A stretch of 60,271 nucleotides of DNA, counting the filler, from Platydemus manokwari (taxonomy: Eukaryota), in the NCBI GenBank assembly GCA_037951405.1. It is 5 parts of 5 records of this genome, joined end to end, with 100 filler letters (N's around TTAATTAATTAA, not from the genome) between each part and the next. Parts side by side here need not be neighbours in the genome. Positions count along the whole stretch, not along the records: positions 12,329 to 26,980 come from JBBMOY011423644.1; 4 more parts are not named here. One strand, 5' to 3'. Position numbers and translations under genes: made by a program. The notes below the pieces were generated by a model. The model ran no database searches and had not been told where the DNA came from. It saw nothing but the letters and a program-made list of their open reading frames with translations. Below are positions 13,009-24,820 of this stretch, one piece after another. Each line of letters starts with the position of its first letter. The first letter of the stretch is position 1.

Positions 13009-14982
13009 TTAACCCAATATATTTCTGAACTCTTCAGCGCTATGTCCTCTTGCATCTTTCTTCATAACTGTTACTGGCGCTTGTGGATATTCAGTTTTTT
13101 TCAAATAATTCTAGATTGATAAAAAAATACTTGAAAAAACTATTCATAATCATATTACGTGTGCATAAATTAGCGCATTTTTCCTTTCATTAGGACTGGC
13201 ATTTTCGCCAACATAAACGTACACTACTTGCCCATTATCAACTATATACACATCCTGTTTTAGAAATGATTCTTTAATTTGGAATAGATTTCTTTAATAA
13301 TTCTTACTTCTTCATCTATATCGCTTTTGGTGAAGCTACCAGATGCAACCTTTTCAAATTTCAAAGATCCAGTTGCATCAGATATTCTAAATATAAATAA
13401 ATGTGATTGAAACAGAATGTCTATAAAGATAAATATTATTAATAATGATATTCAAAATATGAAACCAAAATGAAATTTCAACTGGTGAAAGTGAAATGAG
13501 TTCCAATTCACTAATAAGAGAATTATAGCACGAAGTATTTTAGGTTCTATCTGATTTGATTATATATAGGAGTAATAGGATTAAATTTCATCACTTATCT
13601 TAAAAGGCGTTTTAGCATTTCTTAAATTTGATAATTTCGAAAATGATTTTAAAATGAGTACCCACCGCTTGAAAATGTTTTATATCTGATAACTATAAAT
13701 ATTTTCTTGAAATATAATATTCATTAATATTATTATTAACATTATTATTATTATTACTATTATTATTAATTATAAATTAAGTTATAAATAGAAGATATTC
13801 TTGTGTCTAGCCATAATTAATTGAATTAGAACTGTCAATTTATCTTCGTTATATCTTAATTATAACATTATATTTATTTTCCAACGAGCCGTACAAAGAC
13901 ATTTTCACGCATTTCTTAAACCCTACATTAAAATTTTCAAATTATTGGTTGATATTATTCGAGTTCCAATTTATTTATAATTTTTAATCAAAAATAAGAT
14001 CCCATCTAATTTATTCAAAAATATTTTACATTTTAAAGTTTTTTTAAATTAAATTAAAATTTTTTGCTTTCACAATTAAATCAAATAAATTTAAATTCGA
14101 TATACAATTTCAACGTTCAGATTTCAAGATAATTTTTAGTCGATAACACGTTTTTTAAAAAATAAAAAATATTTTTGTTTTAATGAGTGGATCGAAAAAA
14201 TATATTGTTCTTCAAATAATTTTGTAAAATAAAAGTGACTCATGTAATTATATCATAATATATAGTTTTATTAAATCAGCTATTTTATCTATAATTCTTT
14301 CTGATGAAAACTGTATAACAAAGTAGCACATTTTGCTGGTTATTTGATGTTCATGTTTCAGCTAACATCATTAAATTTACATTTGTGTATGGCTGATAAA
14401 CTGAAATCAGATTAAAAATAATACAATTGATATAATTGTTATTCAATTTTGATGTCGAAATTGGTTAAAGATAATGCATCCGGAAATTGGTATAAATCAA
14501 TACTAATAATAAAGATCGACATAAATGCAAGATTAATTACTTGAATAACTGTTTGTCATGTGCAGCTAATGATTGACTATGTTTATCCTCATCTTCTGGA
14601 TCATCATTTGATAGCTGTTTGTATATTTCATGATTCGGGGACAATGACTCTTCATCAAGAACTTCAATTTTCAATTTACCATGTCTGTTCGAATTGAGTT
14701 CCTGTGCAAATTGCTGGGCTCGGAATTTTTCATCTTTGTTGGCACCTTTTCCGATCCATTGAAATATGTGTGTTCCAGTATCGTATATGAAAACATCATC
14801 TGAATTCAGATTTTTCTTTGTCGCAGAAACCTGAAAGAATTAATGTTTTCAAAATTATGAATTAATTAATTACTTCAGAAATGACGATATTGCGTTTCTC
14901 TCCTTTGAAATGTAACAACCGAGGCTTATATTCCACAGTAGAAACATGCCTAAATCCACTTTCACAACCACCTTTAAGGTAT
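13009..14982 (-). CDS. Gelsolin-family actin-severing protein, short severin/fragmin type (5'-partial; G2 and G3 exons)
   Basis: Minus-strand exons 14982-14874, 14830-14541, 13386-13308, 13254-13159 and 13110-13009 with GT-AG borders. Motifs YLKGGCESGFRHV, YKPRLLHFKG, LNSDDVFIYDTGTHIFQWIGKGANKDEKF, ISDATGSLKF, DVYIVDNGQVVYVYVGENASPNERKNAL, with a stop after G3. Not in the ORF track because the exons are short. Confidence 0.9.
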
Positions 14983-17900
14983 CTGAAAATAATATTACGA
15001 ATGTTAGTGTTTCAATCATTCATCGCTCCGAATTAGCAACTCTAAAACATTTTTCGAATTTTGTAGCACAAATTTAAATTCAAACTATTATTATTGTGAG
15101 TTTTTAATTGAATTAAAATTTTGAACATTTAATTCAGATTTTATCATAAATTATATTAATTTGTTTATATCATTGTATTTGAATACATAAATTGGTCTCG
15201 TGACTTATCAGTTCGTATTCGAAACGTGTTTTATAAAATAGTAACGGCTTACAAGATAATTGGGCGCAATAGTACCAAAACGATTTTTCGAGAAAATAGC
15301 ACCATTAAGCATATTCAATACACAACAATTTAAATAAAATCCTTTAAAATGTTTCGAGAGTACAAAGCCATAGCCGATAATTCTAAACGTGATAAGTTCC
15401 CATAATCGATTAACAGAAGCATATTGCCATGCTAAAGCTAAGGACTAGTGGGCTATTGACAATTTGACTAATCGGAAGACTAATTTATAAAAGATGGCTT
15501 ACTAACTTGGGTTTTGAATCCAGTTAAAAATTGGGTTTTATAAAATCAGGATGAAAATGAGGCAACATAATCAAAAAACAACGAAGAAAGAAATAGTGCC
15601 AGTAAAATTTATAACGGAGAAAATATGTTAATTACCGAATACAAGTATATAAAGAGTTTAAAAAGAAATCTTGAATTAATAGAAAGGATATTGTATATAG
15701 GAACAACGATGATAATTATCGTAATTTAAATAACAATTCTGAATTTAGTGACAGAAATAGTAATCGCAGCATTTCATAGACGAACACCTAGAGTCAGACA
15801 AATAGAAATACTGTGTTAAATTAATCTTCTATCGTTAAATAAACCGATAGAATAATTCAAGTTTGACAATAAATAAATTATATCTTATGAATATAATCAA
15901 TTATTAATAGTAACTTATGGGCAATGTTCGAAATCCCAGATTATGAATAAATTATGTATAAAGCACATCCAATAATGTAGCTGGTAAAAGTAGCATATAA
16001 AGAATTGCCAAATTATTTGTTTAGATTATAATATTGTAAATACAGACACTATATTTTTATGGCCGCATACTTCCTGGAAGGACATAATAACCGACAGATG
16101 ATTCTACGCTGGATATTCAAACCAGTGTACGAGACAAAGTCCTAATTTGTAACTATTTTATTAACAACATTTGTTTGTGGAAAGGATTCAATCCTCACGC
16201 TAAGCTACATAGTATCTATACTATTAACCTTGAGAGTCTATACTACCACTACCCAAAATAACATAATTGCATATCTTAATAATTATAAAATTGTAAACTT
16301 TAAATTATGGTAAATATATTTTGTTTATCCTTTTATGTCTTTCATTGATACACTTATTAAGTCACAGTGAAAAATAATAAAAAGTGCACTTACACTTCAA
16401 AGTGTTGGAACAATTCTGTCATCTAAAAATGAAATTGAATACAAATGTCAGAAAAGGAAAAACATTACAGATTTTCTCATAAGTTTCACTTACTAATTAA
16501 TGAACTGGAGATGTTTGAGCTTCAGATTAATGCAATGAGAAAAAAGATAATGAAAAAATTATAATGTTAAAAAAACTTAGTCAATATGAATCGTTTTAAG
16601 TCGTTTTCCGGTATTCTATACATAACCGATTTATCAATAACATTTTATCTGGTTAGATTAAGTGATTAAGAAAACCATCTGACAACAACATTCAACTAGT
16701 TAAGTAGTTCATAACATAAACCTAGTAGTTCAAGACATAAACCTCGAGATCTTTGACAAGCTTAATAAAATATTTTTTAAAAAATTTTGAAAACTAATTG
16801 TTTTCAAGTCTAAAATAAATTTTTAGAGTACATAATGACCCAACTAAAATAAAGAGGAGCCTAAAGAAAATTTAATTTAAATTATTTTAAGAAGCTTGAC
16901 TGGGAAAATAAATATAAACAAAAGAATCCTAACCTCATACTCAAATAAGCAAACCATGAATAATAAATTAGATAAACAAATAATTAATAAAAATTATTAC
17001 TTTCATAAATTAATAGTTAACAGATTTTGCAATGTTTAGCAAGGTTATTAATAAAAATGAGCTATCGAAAAAAGCTTAAAATATAATGCTACTACAATAC
17101 TGATACTTATTTAGCATTTATAAATAAATTAATAGGCAATTTTGTAATTTTAGGTAAATGACAAATAAAAAAGAAAATTTGTAATGTTATAATTATCTAT
17201 ATAATGATGGACAATAAAGATTAAAACATTACCAAAAATTAGAAAAAATACTGTGGTCCAAGCGAGAGATCTGCCATTCTAAAAAGCACTAGATTATTAG
17301 GAAAGATTATGTTTATTACTGCAAAGTATTTTCTTGCAACTAGTGTGGTTATGATTGCAGAGGAACAATAAACCATATTTGTTACTGAGAATTGTTATAT
17401 GACCAGCGGCTTCTCAGCTTGATTCAGCAGAAATGACGGAAATCGGTTCATAACCATTATAACCAACTTATTATTGGGATTGTACTTTATCTTACGTGTA
17501 TAAAATGTGATAATAAATACATTCTTCAAAAACAGAAAGATTTTTATTAACAGTGTAAACCTCATTAGAAAAGTAGTCAGATAACAAAGTAGAGCCCGTT
17601 AAATTTGAGTAGTATCAAACGTAACATTATTATTTATAATATTATTATTCGACAATAAAATATTTATAAATTCATTTTGAATTTTTAAAATCAAATGAAA
17701 ACATATGAACAGTGAGTGTCACATTTGTCAGTTGCTGAATAAGAATTTTTTAATTTTCACTGAATAAATAACAAATAATAATTGAAATCAAAATTCATTA
17801 TCCATAATAATTGGAATTTGCAATTTATTGTCAAAATCAAAGGGAATTTTCCACAAGTTTTAACTTGAAATTGGTGAATCTAGGTTCAAACAGAAATAGA

Positions 17901-19626
17901 AAACTAAGTTGGAAGATAATTTATTAAAAAATTATTTATCGCGCAACGTAACATGACCAATTTCAAATTTATTAATGAAAATGAAGAAAACCTATTTGTT
18001 CATTATTTTACTAACAAGCACTTAAATATATTAATCACGTGTATTCGTCAAAAATAATAACATATCTTGTTGAACTTTTTGACAAGTTTAAAATAATATC
18101 AAACATGAATAATGAAAAAATGTGTACAAATTTCTATTGTGAAATTCACAATTTTGAATGAAATCACAAGTGTTCTGGAACAACATAAAAATGAAAACAT
18201 TGACAAAAATAACATTAAAATCAAATAATACAATTTTTAAAAATTCATTGAAATATGTCAAACTTTTGAATATCAATTTTAAGATTTTCAAATCATTTGT
18301 AAATCAGTAAAGAATGGTTTTTCAAAGATGATTTTGAATTATCATCCAAAATTGATCTGGTCAAACAAAATTATAAGCAATTATAAATATTATATAGTAA
18401 TTATTATCAATATTCAATTATTAAAACCTGGTTTCAAAGAAATCAATACTGGTCGATGTCAATACTGATCATTTATCAATAATAAACCGATACCTTTGTA
18501 CTTATCGATACATGCACCATAATGTAAGTCAGCTGTTAGAAAATAAAATTTCAGATTTGCAAATCACAAATCAATAACATAATATTATTATTTATAAAAT
18601 TTTAAATTAATGAAAATAGATCATATGTACTTGAAATTACATGATTACCAAAATTATAATTAGTGGAATAAAAAATATTCAATGACTCTGACTAAAAATA
18701 GGTCAAATAGAAATCTCTAAGTAGAGAAAACAAATAAAATTAAAAATATAAAATAAATATTATTAAACCTAAAAAATATTAATTAAAAATACTAAATTTG
18801 AAAAGATGAGAATATCAGGTAAAATAATAACATATAAATATAAATAATAGTAACATTACTCATAAAACGCATGAAAAAATTCTATCAAAATCTAAAGTGC
18901 TATACCACTTATCACCATGGGAAAAATTTTTAAACGATCAAATTCAATTGGAATTTCATCAAATTTAGTCAAAATAAATTTTCCTAATTATATTTAGTTC
19001 AGAAATTATTGGAAAAGTAGAATAAGTCAACTATAAAAGAAATCCACTGCCTCGAGAAAAAAGGAGAGAAGTTAAATAAAAATTCAACTAATATAGTCAA
19101 TATAATCCGTTGTTGATTTATATCCCATTCTATTTCGATCCAGCGCGAATTTCCGCGAAGCTCAAGAGTAAATCTAAATTATTCTTAACTTCGAAGTACT
19201 AATTTAAACTTATATTAACACAAAATTGAATCCAGTTCAACTAACATTAAAAAAATAATTAAATTGATAGCCCAAACTTAAACTAACCACCTTAAACTCT
19301 AATTAGAAAATTAAGATTTCTTACGGTCAACAAGTTACGAGTCATCAAAACTTATAAAATATTTCTATCATTATAAAGCCTATTACAATATTACTATAGT
19401 TAAACGAAAGAATAGATCCTGGTTATTTGTTTTATTCATTGTTTTACTTTGTTTTATTTTTATCTATTTTTATTTAACACTAATGATCTTGTTATGCAAT
19501 TAAGTTTTTTAAATGAATTATTCTTGCTCTTTACTTAATTGTTTAATTTTAAATTATTTTAGATCAGTATTAATACAGATTTTGGAGTCAGATTTAATTC
19601 AAAATAATATTCATATAAAATTAATT

Positions 19627-20153
19627 ACTGTTGATTACGTGTATTAAGATCTACCTTTATAGCAAAAAAAATCAGTCTAAAACCCAGGGAGTCTTAATAT
19701 ACGTAGTCAGCAACTTGCCTTGCTGGATCAACCATTAATGCATGTTATTAGCTAGTTTCTACGGTTATCCAACTGCTTTATTATGCTACACAACAAATTG
19801 ATATTTCAGCTAACAAGTTTGTGTGCAATTTTCTGATTCCCGTAAAATGGTGGAAGAGCAAATTCCTATGCTGCAAGATACAAGCTAAAAGTGGTTGAAT
19901 TTGCCAAGATTGGCTATGAGGATGATGCTATTTTTCCCCAAAGTGATTCCTCAGACACAGATGATGATGTAATTGAAGAATTAGTTACAAAACTGGTTAA
20001 TCAACACGTGGAAAAAGAAGATTTGTTTGAAAGTGAAGAAGAATTTCATGGTTTCTATGACGAATAAAATAATTTAGGTTTCTTTTAAATTTTTGATCTA
20101 AAAATGAGAGGAGTCTTAATAAATGTAGAGTATTAATATACGCAATTTACGTT
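19627..20153 (+). mobile_element. Non-autonomous pogo/Tigger-like DNA transposon (deletion derivative)
   Basis: Imperfect inverted termini (tactgttgattacgtgtatta / taatatacgcaatttacgtta), repeated subterminal ggagtcttaata, QIDISANK (QPLDVSVNK-like), and an acidic C-terminus EDDAIF..SDSSDTDDD..LFESEEEFHGF typical of pogo transposases. Confidence 0.7.
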
Positions 20154-21389
20154 AAATACACTTTTATTAAAAAAACATTACAAATCTAATATTTTTAGAA
20201 ATAAGAATTATTGCAAAACAAATCATTGAAACCCATTTTTGCTAAACTTTTTCAACGAAAATAGTTATTATGCTTAATTTTGCAAGGCTAGTCATTGAAA
20301 TTTACTCATTGTGTGTTGAGTAGATCATAAGAACTACCAAAATATTCATGAAAACTATGGAAATAACCCTCAAAGCGTTTATGAACACAAATTCGATAAG
20401 CACACCTACCAATAACCAATCCAATTCTTCTTAAAAATCGATGCATGTTTAGAATTTAAAATTCAACTGGCAACAAACATTGGAATTCAGATTATGCAAT
20501 GAGAGATACAAGAAAATATGCTAATAGAACGGCTCTTTTGAATGAAGCATGTAGCTGTGAGAGATCAATTGAACACACGATAGGCAAATAAGAGGAGTTG
20601 GATTTCATGATCATCTGCTAGTCTTTTGTTAATTAACTTCAATTCTCTGTGACTTTTAAGTGATTTTTCTGACAGCCGGTCTTTGTGGTTGATTTCAGTT
20701 TGACCGTTTGAGCTCACCTTGGGTGATTATTTATTTTTATTTAGAGTTATTCCTACCGTGTTGAGTGATAATTCGGGTTAGTAATCAAATAAAATGTTCA
20801 GTTTTCAGAGTCAGTTGATATCATAGCATGTTTAAATAAGGAGTGAGGATAATGTGGTATAGAAAAACGCCCATTGAATGTGTGCACTACATGTGTGTAA
20901 TTTGTTGTAAAAATGATGTATGTATGTAATGTTAAGACAGTTGTTAAGACAAGAGAGATATTTTCCATATGAAAATTTTTATGGAATGTAAAATCGGATT
21001 TTCAAATGAATTTAAAGAGAGAAAGTAGGAAAAATCCTTTGAAAAAAATGCTGCGAAAATGATTAAAATGAATGGTGTAGCTCATATTCAATAACAAACC
21101 ATCATGATATAAACTGATTTATTATAAAGTAAGTTACTAGGCAAATTGAGTGATTTCAGACCTCGTATTATTTGAGTTTTATATAAAATATCCAACAACC
21201 ATTATTATTTGCTAGGTAACATGGTTGATAATTAGAAATTCATTTCAAACATTGAGCATAGAAAATTAGGCCATGACCTACAAATAAAAAATTCTGATAA
21301 CCTGTACCATAATCTGTGAATTTAATTATAAATTTGTTGTTCTAATTTACATTTTATCATTTTTAGATATATATTTCATTTGTATAGAC

Positions 21390-21635
21390 CAATGGTTTTG
21401 AACCGTTTTGCTAGAGAGAAACCCCACGGAAATATTACCCTGGTTCGAGGAAATCCTGTGCAATAGTTTTGCGAGTTTAATTATGTTAAATTTAGTATTT
21501 TTAAACAATAAATAATAATAAAAAATTATATAAATAAAAATGAAACAATAATAAAATAGATTTGTTCGTTGTTCTAATTTATAAATTGCGGAACCCTGGA
21601 TTGTAATGGAGGAACCCGAAGGTTAAAAACCACTG
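21390..21635. mobile_element. hAT-Charlie-like MITE
   Basis: TIRs caatggttttgaacc / ggttaaaaaccactg (13 of 15 match), subterminal ggaaccc repeats and an AT-rich interior. The 8-bp flanks gtatagac / atataatc are only a partial TSD. Confidence 0.75.
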
Positions 21636-22099
21636 ATATAATCTTCGATATAATCTTTCTTAAATCCCTAAGAAATTACAGCAGATTAAACTAAATTAAT
21701 TCTTAAATATTGTTCTAAATAATAACTAATAAAAATTTAACAGAAAACATATTTAAACTATTTGTTGATTATCAAATCGATATCATATGATTCCTGTATG
21801 AACTTGGATTCTAATTGACATATTACCAAAACTGAAATATTGCGGAACGAGAATATTATATTAAAGAAAAGATCATAGTGAACATATTCATTCCACTGAA
21901 AATCGACTGCGACTTAGAAAATTTGGACTATAGAAACCAGAATTTTTGAGTTTGAATATAAAAAGAGAAAATTTTATGTTTTGTAATAAATCTTTGCATT
22001 ATCTATGGTAGTGCTGCTAGAAATAGCTCATAATTCTTTAAGAGATCGCTGCTATTTAAGTTGATTAATATTGCTTTGGAATATTGCAAACTATTGAAG

Positions 22100-23810
22100 A
22101 TTACATAATCTAACTAAATTCAGTAAAACGTGGAAAAAATTAGATTTAGAAACCGTTACAATTGCGAATTTCCTCCAAGCTAACTAAAATTAAATCTATA
22201 ATGCTTTTGCAACTGGTCAATGGTTTAGAAAATCTTTTGTCATCAAAAAATAAAGATGACTTTGATGAGTATTCCTACAAGGATGACAAACCTAATTATA
22301 GATACAGACCCAAGAGGAACTCCAACAAGAAATATTCAAAATCTTCTTAACAAACCACCAAATAAAAACCTAAACTAACTCGTCAAAGAAAACGACCCGA
22401 GTGGATAAGCAATTATTACGAGTATTAGATAAGTTCTATGGTCCTACCACAGCAAAAAATAAGTATGATGTTTTCCAACTCATTAAAAGATTTAAATTAG
22501 AAAAAGAAAAGATAAAGGGCGAGTTCAAAAATAAAACTCAAGAAAGCTGTGCAGCTCAAGAAAAATACCAGACTTAATGATTAAAGAAGTTAGAATTTAA
22601 AATATATCTCCGAATTAAGAAAAAATACTAAGCCTTGTTGATAAACAGGCCATAGACTTTAGAGCCATTAGAAGAAAATATAAACAAAACATTTCCCAAG
22701 ATTTGATTAACCAATTAACAGGGATAGGACCGAGCACTGCAGAAAATCAGGATGACCATATCCTCTTTACAGAAAGACACATGATGGCCTTGTGTAAAAA
22801 AGAATTTCAATGTCAAAAATTTCTAGTACTCGATCTTTTATTGGCGAAGCCATCGGAATCGATGAGGTTGAATATATTCTAGAATTTCTGCCGTTCCAGT
22901 ATTTCAAAACAGAGAATTTAATTTTTGTCCACTTCTGATGATATCTAAACCACGGATTCTAATGATAGTATTTGCAACAGAAAAATCAATTCAATTGCTG
23001 GTCCCTGGAAGTTGAAAAAATATGGATGATAAAAAACAAACATCCTAAACAATTTAAATAAAAATATTTCCATAATGATAAGGAACAAAGAAGTTTTGAA
23101 AGAAATTGAGCCTACAAAGACCACCAGTCATAATTTTCAACTAATAAGAAGAGAATAAGGAAAATAAGTAAATAAGGCGATCCTCAAACATGAATGGAAG
23201 GTCAAAAAAGGGAAACAACTAATGTCCATTCCTGATAACTGCCCAAAAGATACATTTGAAATCAGGAAATCATTAGCAGAAGGTTTGGCCAACAACTTTG
23301 CAAATGAAACAGTAGATAAAATGTTTAGCAAATACTATAAATTCATTCGCTGTGTCTACACAATGAAGTCACCAAGCAACCCATACTTGGGTAGAGCCAA
23401 TAATGAAAAAAGAGATGAAACTGATCTGAAACTAAGGAGACTGTTTAATCACACTCCATTTGCTGCCTTTGAATAAGCCACGGAATTCGCAAAAGCTCAC
23501 TGTCTACCGACTAAAAAAGACTTCGATAAACATTTCGAGGAAAAACAGAAGCAAAAAACAGATCTTCCTGAATGCGAAGGATCGTGTAAGAGAGCGTGTT
23601 AAAATTATTGTTCACTAAAGAAAGTTACTACAAGTGGCCAAAATTTAACTTCAGCAGAATAGAACCTGAAACGATTTATTTAGATAAAAGGACCCAAGTG
23701 CTCCTGGAAAAAACAAGATAAACTATAAAGATAGATCATGCAGACCCAGAAACACTAATCATACATAATATTTTCACAAAATGCCTAGATAACCAAAAAA
23801 TAACAGAGGA
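22100..23810 (+). mobile_element. Degenerate NeSL-like non-LTR retrotransposon, 5' half (protease-like region and pre-RT region)
   Basis: DPSAPGKNKINY...DPETLIIHNIFTKCL at ~23690-23790 is the motif that precedes RT in RLE elements. NH(W)ILMIVFATEKSIQLL at ~22950-23000 resembles the Ulp1-protease His motif. Multiple frameshifts. Confidence 0.6.
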
Positions 23811-24434
23811 AATATGATTGAATTTAATAACGGTATGTCTTCAAATTACTAATAATAATCACCATTAATAAGTTAAAAATAAATAAATTGATAAAACGGC
23901 TTGCAATATTTCTGGAAAATTGGCAAATAGTGATAATACAAAATACCAACTAGAACAAAACCACATTTCCATACAAATCACATGTTTGTGTTCGTTGATT
24001 TCAATTCTTGTTTGCTATTGGTTAAAAAGATTTATCAATAAATTTCAAAATCTGATGAAAAAACCAGTGACTGCAGTTACGAATAGGGTAAACAAAACCG
24101 ACTGACCCAAAATTCAGATTTTACATAAATACAGTCTATTAATGATTTTATCTAAATGCCAAACAAATTTCAATAATTGCACAGACTGACTTTCTCGAGG
24201 TCATTATGTTTGTGTACGGAAATTAATTCAATCATGTGTACTGAAATATCATGTGTCAAATGTAACATTGATTATTAAGTTCCATTAGTAATTATATTAA
24301 ATAATCAAACATAAATGACAAAAAATTAGATTTGAACAAAAATATAACTGAAAATTATATATTATTCTGAAATAAATTTATTTCTAAATTTATAATTGAA
24401 TATAATATTAAACAAATCTCAAATCTAAACTAAC

Positions 24435-24670
24435 GTAACAATCAAAGATCCTGTACTGGCAATGACACTCCCAAATTTATATGAACATTCTCCACTTTCA
24501 CATCCCAAATATTGACACCATTCTTGAATTTTTTCCGGTATCAAAATAGAGCCACAATAAGATGAATAATTTACAAACACTTTAGCTATTGCATCGAACT
24601 TTGACTTAGGTAACTGTAAAGCATCTTCAAGAATAGGTAGTTTGTCTATTAGCGATAAATCGGTATCCAT
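24435..24670 (-). CDS. Putative first coding exon of an unidentified gene
   Basis: ATG at 24670 opens a protein-like, more GC-balanced frame (MDTDLSLIDKLPILED...FGSVIASTGSLIVT) with a donor-like gttagt at 24434. Downstream exons are not resolved. Confidence 0.45.
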
Positions 24671-24820
24671 GTTATAATAAATGTGATAAAGACATCAAAA
24701 ACAAAGATAATTAATACAAAATCAAAAGACTGCCAAATCAATAATGAATTTATTACATTTTTAAAACAAATCGTTTTAAATACATAAATATTTACTTTCA
24801 AACAATAAATTATTAAATTG

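Noticed and set aside
15240-16260. Possible old LTR-element debris in the gelsolin upstream region
   Set aside because: Composition is suggestive, but no diagnostic motif could be read.
17200-17620. Fragments resembling Cys-loop receptor M3/M4 or PQ-loop transporter segments on the minus strand
   Set aside because: Conflicting frames and stops. The resemblance fits two unrelated families about equally well, so neither call can be supported.
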